From NCBI GenBank assembly GCA_000004985.1, contig GG738846.1: a DNA stretch of 64,000 nt; one strand, given 5' to 3'. Source of the stretch: Naegleria gruberi. Lineage: Eukaryota. The translations under genes and the position numbers were made by a program. The notes under the pieces were generated by a model. The model did not search any database. It was not told where the DNA came from and saw only the letters and a program-made list of their open reading frames with translations. Below are positions 20,573-32,000 of this stretch, in pieces (position 1 is the first letter of the stretch; each line of letters starts with the position of its first letter).

Positions 20573-22133
20573 ATGGTCATGTGGCAACCAAAAAAGGGAG
20601 ATTGTGTTGTTGGATTTTTAGAGAACGATGAGTTGACCTCACCATTACAATTATCTAACATTCCATTATTTAATCCCAATTCCATCAAGAAAAAGAAGGA
20701 CATTGTTGAATTTGAAAGAAACGACAATTCAAACCTTTTATTAAGAATTAGAAATTTATTTTTAGAAGAGAGTACAGAAAGGGTAAATAATTTATATGAA
20801 AAAAAGAGCAAGAAATTAACAAACGAAAGTGTTAAAAGAAAGAAGTATTCTAATTCTTCTGATCTGGACTTGGAGAAGGATTTTGAAATTATTGACAAGT
20901 TTGAAAGTCTTTTTAAATCGCCAATCAATTTTGAAGAGTGGAAGGAGAAGAATGTGATTGAGAATTTTTATCCTTCATCTTTGCAAGAGGAAAAGCAAGT
21001 TGATAATTTAGCAAGAAACAACAAATATATAGACAGTCTTCCGACCAATAATCATTGTAATTTGTTTTACCCAACCACGACCACTGCAAAACAAGAAAAG
21101 TTCCAATTGGTTGCTGAATATTTTGAAAAGGAGTATGGCTTGAAGGTTTTATCTGATTTTCCAAAGAGCTTTTCATGCATTTATGGTTTTCTTTATATTT
21201 TCAGAAAGGATAATGGTAGAATTGAATCAAAAATTCAAATTGGGGAAAGACAGAACAAAGACTTGCCATCAAAGCCCTAAGAAGATGTGAAATGGCTTTT
21301 ATATTTCCACTAGAACAGGTGGAAAACAAAAAGGAAGGCCTTGTCAAGGAAAGCAAAGCGATTTGCAGATTGTTAGATTTGGGTTTCGGTCCGTTGAATG
21401 AATTACTCTCCAGTGACAGTGTTACAGATTGTAGATTGGATAGATTGTTCAATGGGGATCGATTCTTCTCAAATTCCAGCAGAGATTTGCAAATCAATTA
21501 CAAAACAAGTCGTATTCACACTCTTGATAAGGGTGACTCTTATTCTTGTTTTATAGATGATGGAAACAACTTTGTAATTCAATCAGATGAGAGAATAATT
21601 GAAAGATCTCCATTTGTGATTAGATTGGATCAAGAAACTTTGGAATCATTCTTTCCAAATCTTCCAACTGAGGTAAAGGATATGTATAATCTTTTAAAGA
21701 GAGTCATTGGATATTCTAAAAAGTATAGCTTGTTAAGATTTGCTTCCTTATTTCAATGCAACCCAAAACCAGCAACTGGATTATCAGTTAAGAAAATTGT
21801 TTTATTAAGAATTTTAATCAAGTTAATAATTTGAAAATTATATTTCCAATTGACGTAGGTGAATTTCAAAGAGTTGATTTTGCCAATTCCCAATTCGTTT
21901 TTAAGAATGCCAATATTCCACTCACACATTTAAAGATGAACTCTAGATTGTTCAATACATTAGCTGTTCAAATCAAATTGAGTAATTCAATTTTCAGAGA
22001 TTCATTCAAAATTACATTAGATGATGATGATGGAGATGATGATGAAGATGATGGAGAAGATGATGAAGAAGATGAAAATGATGATGGAGAAGATGAAGAG
22101 AGAGGAACATCAAAAAAAACAAAATTCGATTAA
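20573..22133 (+). CDS. Hypothetical protein with poly-acidic C-terminal tail (D/E-rich), fragmented over three ORFs and frames
   Basis: ATG at 20573. Three consecutive same-strand ORFs (20573-21280, 21292-21834, 21831-22133) are 12 nt apart or overlapping. This suggests short introns or indels, for example GTAGAA at ~21217 to CCACTAG at ~21326. The tail DDDDGDDDEDDGEDDEEDENDDGEDEE is typical of histone-chaperone-like proteins. Structure unresolved. Confidence 0.35.
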
Positions 22134-22282
22134 TCAGAATAATTAAATTCTTCTTCTTATCAACAAGAAGAAATGTACAATAAACAAATCTGTTACAATA
22201 TACTAAGGTTTAAGAAGAGAGTAATCATTTCTCCAAAAAAATAAATTTGATAAACTAATGGGTTTCTGGAAAAATTGAAAAT

Positions 22283-22347
22283 TTATTCTTGAGAAGCATT
22301 CTTCATGTATTCAATCAAATCGGCTCTTTCGGCTGGCTTCTTCAAAC
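22283..22347 (-). CDS. Cytochrome c, exon 3 of 3 (GLKKPAERADLIEYMKNASQE*)
   Basis: After a 133-nt intron (22348-22480) rich in (TTAAAA)n, the acceptor TTTTAACAG restores the conserved C-terminus. The three-exon CDS is 333 nt, giving 110 aa. Confidence 0.75.
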
Positions 22348-22350
22348 CTG

Positions 22351-22440
22351 TTAAAATTAAGTTAAAATTAAAATTAAATTAAAATTAAATAAAAAAATAA
22401 AATTAAATAAAAAAATAAATGTTAAATAATTAATAATAAT
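22351..22440. repeat. AT-rich microsatellite (TTAAAA/TTAAAT-like units) inside cytochrome c intron 2
   Basis: Repeated AAATTAAAATTAAATTAAAATTAAATAAAAAAATAAAATTAAAT units. Confidence 0.7.
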
Positions 22441-22480
22441 AAAATCATTAAATAATAATGCAAATAAATGATGAGCGTAC

Positions 22481-22741
22481 CTGCAAAAACCATTTTAGTT
22501 CCAGGTATATACTTCTTAGGATCCAACAAATAATCAAAGAGGGATTGTTCATTCCAAGTAACACCCTTTTCCTTATTGGCAGCAGAGTAGGCATAACCTT
22601 CAGCCAAACCAGACTTTCTACCCCACATACCGTAGAGATTTGGACCAACCTTGTGAGCACCTCCCTTGTTGATGGTGTGACATTGGGCACATCTGGCCTT
22701 GAAGATCTTTTCACCCTTAGTTGCGTTACCTTGTGGAATTT
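22481..22741 (-). CDS. Cytochrome c, exon 2 of 3 (haem-binding CAQCH)
   Basis: Encodes (E)[86 protein letters not shown]. The acceptor is TTTGATAG at 22742-22743 and the donor is GTACGC (22480-22475 on the minus strand). The ORF-track start at 22748 is TTG, and there is no in-frame ATG upstream. Confidence 0.85.
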
Positions 22742-23004
22742 CTATCAAATGATGATGATGATGATCATTATATTGTAGGAAAAAGTTATTTCACGTCAAT
22801 TTGTAAAGATGACAATGATGATTTAAAATATGGAACAATATATTAGTAACAGATATATAATGATATATGTAGTGTAGCAAGAAGTAGTAGCAGCAACAAG
22901 TGGTACAAGTCCGTGTGAACAAGTTGTTTCATCATGATGGAAAATAATGTTGATGAATTATTGAAGAAAATATAAATTTCATTATTATTATTGAAGGTAC
23001 GTAC

Positions 23005-23011
23005 CAGACAT
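23005..23011 (-). CDS. Cytochrome c, exon 1 of 3 (ATG TCT G, 7 nt)
   Basis: The minus strand reads aaaaaaaATGTCTG followed by GTACGTACC. The donor sits inside the palindrome GGTACGTACC. This supplies the Met that the main exon lacks. Confidence 0.55.
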
Positions 23012-23596
23012 TTTTTTTATTGTTCAGTGTTGGCCAATTCTACAACACGCGTTCAGCTTAAATTCAACCACGCGCGTCGTTGAGCAACTCTTGGTCAACC
23101 ATTCGTAAAACCAATCAAAATGCCTTAAGGAGAATAATGAATTAATCTAGACAAAAACCGGCCAATTTGTTCTGTTTAGGCGGCGTTTTGAATGTGTGTT
23201 GGTGCAAAGATGATGTGTTGTGAGAAGCATCTCTCTTTCAAATCCCATTTATTGTAAAAAAATGCACAGGAGTTTTTTCCTCGAATCATTTAAATGATGG
23301 GCCGACTGTAAATTTTGGCTATCAAAGAATGGAAGAGAGGATGAAATTAATTGACTGGATGATAATAATATTGGAAAGTGGATGACAACAATAATATATT
23401 ATCTATTCTAGTGGATTGTATTATCCATGCATTTTATTTTGATTGGGTTGATATTGTAGTGCCACATGTGGAATGAAGGAATGAAGAAATTGGAGATTTG
23501 TATAATTTTGGATTTTGGATGTCCCTCTTGTCAATATAATCTTTCCACACCAATTAATTACATTAATTTATATTTAACATTTTAATCTATTAATTT

Positions 23597-24385
23597 TCAA
23601 ATTTTGATAGTATTTTGTTGTAAAAGGACACTCATTATATCTTTAGAGTCAGAGTAGTTATCGAGCATGATAATATTCACCTGTCTTCGTGCAAGTGCTT
23701 GCGTGGATAACCAATTTACAATTTCCGAATTGTAAAAGTGACCCAATTCTAGAGCACTAGATGGCCTGCCAATGATACCATTTGCAATCATTAAATTGTC
23801 TGGTGTAATTTTACATTGAATTGCAAAAAATGATTGATCCTGAACCTTTCTGGAGGAAATTTCTTTCGAGACTCTCATGAACAAATCATGACTATTCCTA
23901 ACAATGGGTCTAAAGTATCGAATATTTGGCAAATCATTATTATTATGGATGGAAAGAGAAGGGGACCAGAACAGTCCATTTGAGTGTTTTACAATATTTT
24001 CATTGTGGTAAATTACGATTATTCTTTGCTTGTTGGTTTGCCTCCAAATTTCATTCAGTGATGAGCTAGCTTGAATAGTTTTAGAGTTGGCCAATAATTT
24101 TCCAAACTTTTTTTTCAAAACACTACTCAAATAATTATGGTCATACTCACTCATTTCAAAAAAGTGAGCAAAATCCAAAATGACAACCTCATTAGGAGAT
24201 TCTTTCATGAATTGAACAATTTCATTAAGAGAATCTTCAATTGGTCTATCAAACATTGTATTACATGATTTGAGCATGGTAACTTTCTTAAATGTTGACC
24301 TGTCTCTACAAGTTCTAATATCAAAATAACGAATACCATCTCGCAATTGTAATAATGCAGATCTACTTTGAGTTTTTGACCATTT
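23597..24385 (-). CDS. PI-PLC X-domain protein, exon 2 of 2
   Basis: The 127-nt intron (24386-24512) ends in CAATAG. The join is in frame and gives ...RVQS|KWSKTQSRSALLQLRDGIRYFDIR..., with the X-domain RYFDIR and ILDFAHF blocks. Confidence 0.7.
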   Translation of the reverse strand, partial: KWSKTQSRSALLQLRDGIRYFDIRTCRDRSTFKKVTMLKSCNTMFDRPIEDSLNEIVQFMKESPNEVVILDFAHFFEMSEYDHNYLSSVLKKKFGKLLANSKTIQASSSLNEIWRQTNKQRIIVIYHNENIVKHSNGLFWSPSLSIHNNNDLPNIRYFRPIVRNSHDLFMRVSKEISSRKVQDQSFFAIQCKITPDNLMIANGIIGRPSSALELGHFYNSEIVNWLSTQALARRQVNIIMLDNYSDSKDIMSVLLQQNTIKI

Positions 24386-24512
24386 CTATTGAATTGAAAT
24401 AATATATATTTTAATTATTTTATAATTGTTATTATATATTTTAATTATTATTAATTTAATTAATTAAATTACAATTATTTGTTTTAAAAAAAAATATATA
24501 TATAAAACTTAC

Positions 24513-24776
24513 CGATTGAACTCTATTTAAAACATCTTTTGGATAATATTTAAGAGTTTTAAATATGAAATGTTCATTTCTCTTTCCATCTGGAGAAATT
24601 CTAGAATATTCATTCAAATGATTTGAAAATGAGGAACGTGTACCAGGAATGACCAATCTATTCAATGGATAATCACCAATGATTCCCCTCAAATCATACA
24701 TCCAACTGGATGGATTTCCCTTATATGGATTTCCCTTAATTTTAGCAACGGGTGGTCCCAAAAAGAATTTTTTCAA
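24513..24776 (-). CDS. PI-PLC X-domain protein (PLCXD-like), exon 1 of 2; true start uncertain
   Basis: Contains SSWMYDL ... LNRLVIPGTRSS (the X-box LxIPGTH motif). The track start at 24776 is TTG. The first in-frame ATG is the M of WMYDL. The exon ends at 24513 before a GTAAGT donor. Confidence 0.6.
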
Positions 24777-25281
24777 TAAGGGTTAGACCGAAGGAGGTGA
24801 GCTAAAAAATGTTACATCACGGTAATTTCGCGCCAACCAAAAACCGCTGAAAGTTGTCTGTTCTGACCGTTAAATATTCAACAAAAAAAAACAACAAACA
24901 ACAATTACTCATCATGAATTCATCATCACCCTGCTAAATAGGTATATTGGTTGGTATTCCCACCTTCAGCATGCTACCTTGAGAAGCCACCATGAGGAGA
25001 GTTCTCCCTTTGCTTCCTTCCTCACCAGCCATTACTACATTCACCTCGCCAAAACATCATCTAGATAAGTGCCTGCCCATTTACTTGAAATTGTTGGTAC
25101 ATTAAAGCGAAGGTTCATGTACAAGAACCCAGAAGTACTTGTTTCTAGAAGAACAAGTGGTAATTGATACTTTGAACACACTGTCTCACTCTTGGTCCAA
25201 TAAACCTTCGGCTCGACTTTAACAAATTTTTGTTTTTTGAGTGACTTCTAAATTTTTTATAAAAATATTTGTCAATCCTTC

Positions 25282-25644
25282 TCACCTCCCACGGTCTAAT
25301 AAGGGTGTATTGATTTTCTTTTTCAACTTGTCATACACTGATTGAATGAATAGAGTACTTGTTGCCAATTCATTACTTATTTCCAATGTTTTTGAACTAT
25401 TTTCAGTGCAGGTTTGATCTAATTGTTTAAAAATCAAACGAAACAAATTTCTTTTCGATTTTGGATATTTTATAAAGAGGGTTTGCTTACTGTGTCTCAA
25501 TCTGGCAGAGGGTTTCCAAACACCATTTCCTTGTTCGAATTGATTACATAAGAAACCAAACGAAACCTCTCCCAATAATGATAAAAATAATATCACCAAC
25601 AATGATACAACCATTGTCATTAATTGATGACTACAATTCTTCAT
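25282..25644 (-). CDS. Small secreted/TM protein (~120 aa) with N-terminal signal peptide
   Basis: The track ORF starts at a GTG. The first ATG gives MKNCSHQLMTMVVSLLVILFLSLLGEVSFG, which looks like a signal peptide. No known domain. Confidence 0.35.
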   Translation of the reverse strand: MKNCSHQLMTMVVSLLVILFLSLLGEVSFGFLCNQFEQGNGVWKPSARLRHSKQTLFIKYPKSKRNLFRLIFKQLDQTCTENSSKTLEISNELATSTLFIQSVYDKLKKKINTPLLDRGR

Positions 25645-25915
25645 CTCTTCAATTTTTTTTTCTCTCTCAATACTGTTATTGAAATCATTCAATGATGGAG
25701 AATGATGGAATACAACAAATTTACAATAAATTTTTTTTTCATCTAAGGTATATTCCAAGACCTCATCCACACAATTAATATCATATAATAAAAATCAAAC
25801 AATCATCAAGTTGAGTTGAATCAGATAAGTTATTATTGTATCCACGTGGATATTACTCGATGAAAGAAGATATTCCTTCTAATTTGTTTCAAAAAAATAT
25901 TTTAAAAATAAAAAA

Positions 25916-25997
25916 ATGAACAACAATAACGATCAAACTCTGTTGCCTTTCGAAGGAGGAGGAGGTTCTACAAGTAATGGTGGTTTGGAGTTTCAAG
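25916..25997 (+). CDS. Yip1-domain (YIPF) Golgi membrane protein, exon 1 of 2
   Basis: ATG at 25916, encoding MNNNNDQTLLPFEGGGGSTSNGGLEFQ. A GTTAGT donor lies at 25998. Confidence 0.5.
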
Positions 25998-26063
25998 GTT
26001 AGTTGGATTCGTGTTGGAAAAAATTTATATAAATTTATTATTATATCGGATCATCAATTCTAG

Positions 26064-27007
26064 AATTTGGAACTCATCAACAATTAACCTTTCCTTCTGA
26101 TCCGATGGGATCAATGACTCTTGATGAAAATCCAATGATGAGTAATATTCCATCAAGTGGTGCCACTGCTGGTACTAGTACTGGTAGTAATCAACAACAA
26201 CAAAATACAATAGTATTGAGTGGAGATGATTCTGATGATGAAATGACCAATGTGGATTATTCACAATATAGTTTTTGGAACCTTGAATATTATATTCCAT
26301 TCTTTAATGTGAATACTAATGAAGTACTCAGGAGAATAACCAAACCATATCTCTTTTTTTTGAACACTGACGAATCTTTTGTATCATACACAAAGAGAGG
26401 AAAGAGACAATCTGATCTGTGGGGACCATTTTGGATTATCACAACACTTATTGTTGTAATTGTCATGACTAGTAATATTGGACACTTTTTTAATTTAAAT
26501 GCTATCGGAAAAGAGTTGGAGGGAGATTTTCAACAATCTGGATCCAATAATAATACATCAGGAAATGAAGCTTTCCGTCGACCAACAAGTGATTTATTAG
26601 AATGGACAACTGACTTTTCACTCATTTCTGTAGGAGCAACAGTGTTTTATGCATTTTCTATGGTAGTTCCTGCTCTTTTATGGGTTGCTATGAAATATAA
26701 GGGTGTAACTGTTAGTCTTGTTGAAACCATATGTGTCTATGGATATTCTTTCGCAGTAGTTATACCACCACTTGTTTTATGCATGTTCAATATTACTTGG
26801 TTGAGATGGATTTTGATTATGGGAGGATTTTTATATGCCAGTGTTTTTATAGTATTTGGTTTATTCAAAGAATGGAAGAAGGTTGTCACTGGTCCACAAG
26901 ATAATATTTTCCTTCTTGTTTTTGCAGCTTTTATTGTACTTTCTCACCTCATTTTGGCTGTCTTTGTCAAGTTTTACTTTTACACATTTTCAGTTGATTT
27001 GAAATAA
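26064..27007 (+). CDS. Yip1-domain (YIPF) protein, exon 2 of 2
   Basis: The 66-nt intron ends in TTCTAG (26062-26063) and joins in phase 1. The Yip1 signature is FWNLEYYIPFFNVNTNEVLRRI ... DLWGPFWIITTL, followed by 5 TM helices. Confidence 0.7.
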
Positions 27008-27430
27008 ATTTTGTAATATTTAATTGAAATATGGTTTATCATTGAAATTGTAATATATTTATTATAACTAAACTGAATAGGAATAGTAGTGTTTTTTCAA
27101 TAATGAAATTTTTATTCTACAAGTGCATCATTATACTTTGTTGGGAATTAGTTGTTGATTGCTAAAGGAAGAAGCAATGGTTTATCCTTTGGAATAAAGT
27201 GAGGAATAGTTGACGTTTTGTTCAAGTCAATGTTGATTTTAAAAAAATACAAACACCTTACAACAATTCCACAACACCACTACCCAAATAAGAAAGTATT
27301 ATAAAAATAAAACCTGAACTTCAATGACGAAATCAGAATTGGATAATTGAAATAAACTAAATCACAAAAAAGAGAAAACCAATAAACAAAATAAGCCACA
27401 TATAAAACCACCATTGAAACAAAGTTTTGC

Positions 27431-27665
27431 TTGTTGATGGTAAAATATTTGTTGTGGTGGTTTTAATAATTAATAACGAGGGGATGGAAAATCCGTCATC
27501 CAAATCCCACACAACTCCTCCACTAAAATCCAGAATCCACAATATCTGGGATTTGGATTAAGGTTATTCCATCCCCTCTTAACAACAAATCACATTTAAA
27601 AGAATTAATTTGATTTTCTTGATGAGATAAAATGTGGTTGATTTGATGTGTCATTTTTGAAATTT
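27431..27665. repeat. Local duplicated segment, copy A (carries the MITE-like insertion)
   Basis: Apart from the 27474-27579 insertion, this aligns base for base with 28123-28240. Confidence 0.6.
27474..27579. mobile_element. MITE-like ~105-bp insertion with 12-bp perfect TIRs (GAGGGGATGGAA ... TTCCATCCCCTC), flanked by TTAA/TAA
   Basis: The sequence is present in copy A and absent from copy B. The ends are perfect inverted repeats. An internal second inverted pair is TCCAAATCCCA / TGGGATTTGGA. The empty site TAATAATTAACAACAAAT is reconstituted exactly when the element plus one TTAA is removed. Confidence 0.5.
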
Positions 27666-28122
27666 TCTTTAATATTGGTAAAATCTTAATCCAAACTTTA
27701 CAGTAAAGTCAGACTTGGAAATTATAGTCAAAGTTTAATTGTGGTAGTATAATAGTGTTTCTTCTATTACAAGAACAATAATAAAAGGTAGAGAAATTTA
27801 AATTTTAAAAATAAAATATAGAAAGAAATATGATTATTCTGAGTTAATGGATATCTATTTGCAAGAAATTATCTTAACCATCAATCATTACAAAGATCTT
27901 ACCATTAATGCAATCACAAACCATCATCAAGATCCAGATTATGATCATATTGATTTCATTAAGCAAAATATTGTAAAAGAATTGAAGTTTTAATGGATCT
28001 GCAATTAAAATTGGTGCTGGAAGTGTATATTGTAAAAGGTTGAGATATTTGTGTTAAATATTGCAACCTTCTTACAACCACCAAAAAGCAAGACAAAAGA
28101 AAGCGAATTCTTTTTCTTTTTG

Positions 28123-28240
28123 TTGTTGAGGGTAAAATATTTGTTGTGGTAGTTTTAATAATTAACAACAAATCACATTGAAAAGAATTAATTTGATTTT
28201 CTTGATGAGATAAAATGTGGTTGATTTGATAAATCATTTT
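28123..28240. repeat. Local duplicated segment, copy B (empty site)
   Basis: Reads TTGTTGAGGGTAAAATATTTGTTGTGGTAGTTTTAATAATTAACAACAAATCACATTG..., an uninterrupted match to copy A. Confidence 0.6.
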
Positions 28241-28394
28241 CTTTGATTTCAGTTGATAAAGCTTGTTTTTGGTATTACCGTTTTTGTGAATAATATATAT
28301 TTATTTTGAAAATTACAATTCTTTTCCTCTAAAGTTGTTGATTGAGAATAATTGTTTGATCTGAAAGTTAGTTATGATGCACTATCTTGATTTT

Positions 28395-28981
28395 TTATTC
28401 TTCATTTGGTTGATCATCTAATAATTTACCATTATTTTTTTCTGATAAAGCTTCATCATCCTCATTTTCAGAATAATAGGCCTCACTTCCACCATCATTA
28501 ACATCCAAGTAATTGATTGCCAATTGCTTGTTTTCAGCTTCTTCCAAATCAATTGATAGGAATTTTGAAGTATCAATTCTGGCAGCTTGAGGATTTGGAT
28601 TTTGATGATGTTTATCCTTGAGTAAATATGTTTCCATTTTCCCCTTTCCTTTAACATCTACCTCTCTAGTTTCGAATTCAAATAAATCATAAACTCTTTC
28701 ATAAGTTGCTCTTGAAATTTGAATCCTTCCTGGTTCACCTGTAGATTCCATTCTTGAGGCAGTATTGACAGCATCTCCCCACAAATCATAGGCAAACTTT
28801 GAACTTCCTAATACACCTGCTGTTACTGATCCTGTGTGAACACCAACACGAATGTTTAAATTTGTATTATGTTTGACATTGTAATTGTATAAAATTGTAA
28901 ATTGACCCATTCCAAAATTAATAACCTTTTCAGGGTGATCTGATTGCTTTTGATGCAAACCACCAGCAAGGAAATAGGCAT
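28395..28981 (-). CDS. PAS-cyclase, exon 2 of 2 (rest of cyclase catalytic domain)
   Basis: The 53-nt intron (28982-29034, GTAAGT ... AATTTAG) joins in phase 1. This restores KIKTIGDAYFLAGGLHQKQSDHPEKV ... IRVGVHTGSVTAGVLGSSKFAYDLWGDAVNTASRMESTGEPGRIQIS, the canonical class III cyclase motifs. Confidence 0.75.
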
Positions 28982-29034
28982 CTAAATTAAATGATTAATT
29001 ACTATACATGCCAAATATTATCAACAAAACTTAC

Positions 29035-32000
29035 CACCAATGGTTTTAATCTTTTCAAGAGAATAGGTTTCACACAACAAGTCAAACTGGTTGACAATAA
29101 TATTCAACATTTCTACAACTTGGTGTGGTTCCAAATGACTACTCAAACTAGTGAAACCAACAATATCACTAAATAGACAGGTAACATCTTTAAAGTTTTC
29201 ATAAATATTAGTTTCACCTGCTCTTAATCTATTGGCAACAGGTAATGGTAAAATGTTAAGTAAAAGTGCTTCTGATTTGGTTTTTTCTTGTGCCATTAAA
29301 ATGGAATGTTTCAATTCGGAGGTAATATCCTTAATAAAACATGAAATAATAATTGTTCTCTTCTTATCATTAGGATCTCCCAATACTGAAACACATAAAT
29401 TAACTCTTGCTGGGAATGCCTTTCCGTTCTTTCTTTTGGCTTTTAACTTTTCAAATGTTTCTCCAAAGTTGCTAGTAGCATTCTTCATTCTCTCCAGAAC
29501 TGAATTTAGAGTGTCAACAACCTTCTTTTTAGAAAATAGAACAGCCAATCCAGTTCCAATAATTTCTGTAATTCTATAACCAAACATATCTTGTGCAGCT
29601 TGATTGAAAAATCTAATAGAACCATCTACATTACAAATGATAGATCCTTCTACAGTTGAATCAAGGACAGCCTTAACCTGGGAGAATGCTTGTTCATCTT
29701 CCTTATCATTATTTGAATCTTGGAACATTTGTAATATTCTATTCATGCCCTTCAATTTTCGATTCTTTCCATTGTTGCTTGATGCTGTCGAATTGTATTG
29801 ATAGTGAAGAGCATAATCTCTTAATTGATCATTTGAATCGATAAATTCCCATGATACATAATTGAACATAATTCTCATCTGATGGATTTGAGCCCAATAT
29901 CTATTGAACATATTATTACCTAAATAGAATAAAAATAGGCAAGCAATAAATCCAATAGAGGAGAACACTCCTGACAAATATCTGGAAGGATGCTGGTGCA
30001 AATCAACATAGGTATCAATGAAAGCATACAACTTGTAGGCCATAATTTTAGAAGCACTGTAAAATTGCATAAACTTGATATATATATCACGTGGGCCAAT
30101 AGTATGATGATAAGCTTGATTATTCAATTGATCTGCTTGTGAGGCTAACATATCCAATAATTGATCCAATCCATAACAATTATAATCTGTAGAGTTACAT
30201 TGATGACTTTGTACAACTGGAATATTTTCTGAGAGAATGGATTTTCTATTGTTGTACTCTGCTCCGTATATTAAATTGTTCCAAGACTTGACTGTTAGAG
30301 CTAGATAATTTTGGTTAAGTACAAAGTTGGCATCATTTTCATTTGGTTTTAGTGGTGAATCAAACACAATTTCGTCCAATCCAAAGTTTACAACTTGACT
30401 GTTCATTAAAACTCTACCTGCTTCTGCAACATTTAACATGGCCACATACGAATCATCTAAATTCAAGAAGAATTCTGTAATGATCAAGGCACCAGATACA
30501 AATGCAAATACAATAATGAGTAAACTGATTATTAATACAGATCTCTTTGGAGATAGATAGTCTGTTTGAGATTTGTTAACTTCTTCTCTAGTGTCCTTAT
30601 CTAAACGATGGAAAATCTTACCAACTTCATCTTTACCTATTCTCTTGAATAATCTTACAAGATTATTAATTTTACGTAAATGGAAATATAAAACTAGTAA
30701 ATAGCTCAAAGACATTAACAATACAATGGCATTTACACAAACTGCAATAATTATATAAATAACTCTAAGTTCTTGTGCCACCACTTGATTTCTATCAATA
30801 AAATTCACACAAAATGATTCATATGAACGCATGAGAGGTAATCTATTGAGCCACCAAAACATGAAAACATAGGATTCATATGTTTTGTTGTATTGGAAGA
30901 TTGTTGATTCTAACAATGAATCAATATTTGAAATCACTAGTTTAGTAGTTTCAGAGAGAGAGGTATTTCTAATTTCATAAACAATCTGGCCTGGAGTAAC
31001 AATTGGCAAGTACAAAGTAACATCATCATGGGTGAAATCATTTACCATGTCAGTTGTGAATACACCGACTGTTTTAGAGAGTGTTTGTACGGTTCTAGCC
31101 TTATCTTGAAGTGTTTTCAGTCTGTCCTTGTGGGCTGAGAATGATTGCAACAGAGCTGTATCATTAATACCATTAAACTTGATTGTAGATTGAAGTGAAC
31201 GAATACCACTGGCTATCAAATGCGAAACGCTATTCATGGTACAAGCTTGTTTGACAAGGAATACTTTTGAGGAAATTTCATTAGAGAAGGAAATATTTAC
31301 AGCCAAGGTGATTGTAATTAGTGCCAAGCCAAACAATAGGAATACTATGAAAAATCCATAGACAAACTTGTGTTCTTCTGGTACTAGTAATGATGTTCTG
31401 TAGAGCATTTCTTTTTTCTGAGTTGGTGTCACCATATCAGATCCATTTAAACTTTCCTCATCAATTTCCTCATCGAATAAATCAACTGCAGATCTTGGTT
31501 CTTCAGGTGATGTTGGTACTATTGGAACAACCTTGTTGTGTTTGGATGAAATCTTGATTTGGTTTACAGGCTCCCTCTTTCTAACTCTCTTAGATTCTTC
31601 ATCTTCAATTATTTGTGCTTCAAAATACAAGTCAGAAGCCAATTCTTTTTGGAATAGGTAATTTTCTAAAAATCTGGCATAGGTTCTTAGTGCAGTCTTA
31701 TCTCCAGAAAAGTTAGTCATCAAATTTCCAAATAAAACTTCCAGTTCAGCAGTAATCTTTTCAATTTGTTGATTCACTCCAATGATTTTTGAATCGGAAA
31801 CTACTTCATTTTGCAATTCCTTCCAGAATTGTCTGTGGAAGTAGGCCAATTGTTGTTCTTTGGCGTCAATTTTTTGTAATAACATCTTCATTTCCAAATT
31901 ACTTGTGGCATGTCTATTGGATGAAGATGAAATGATTTCCAATTCTTTCAATCTCATTTGAATGAAATATCTGTTCAGAATATTTGGATGTTGTCTGAGT

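Noticed and set aside
22458-22778. Plus-strand ORF 22458-22778 and minus-strand ORF 22448-22714 overlapping cytochrome c
   Set aside because: The cytochrome c frame on the minus strand is unambiguous (CAQCH haem site). These are frame artefacts.
29232-29801. ORFs 29232-29579, 29604-29801, 32727-32909 and 33351-33581, lying antisense or out of frame inside the PAS-cyclase gene
   Set aside because: They are fully contained in a long, well-supported CDS on the opposite strand or frame. Their sequences are low-complexity with no motifs. They are typical chance ORFs in AT-rich DNA.
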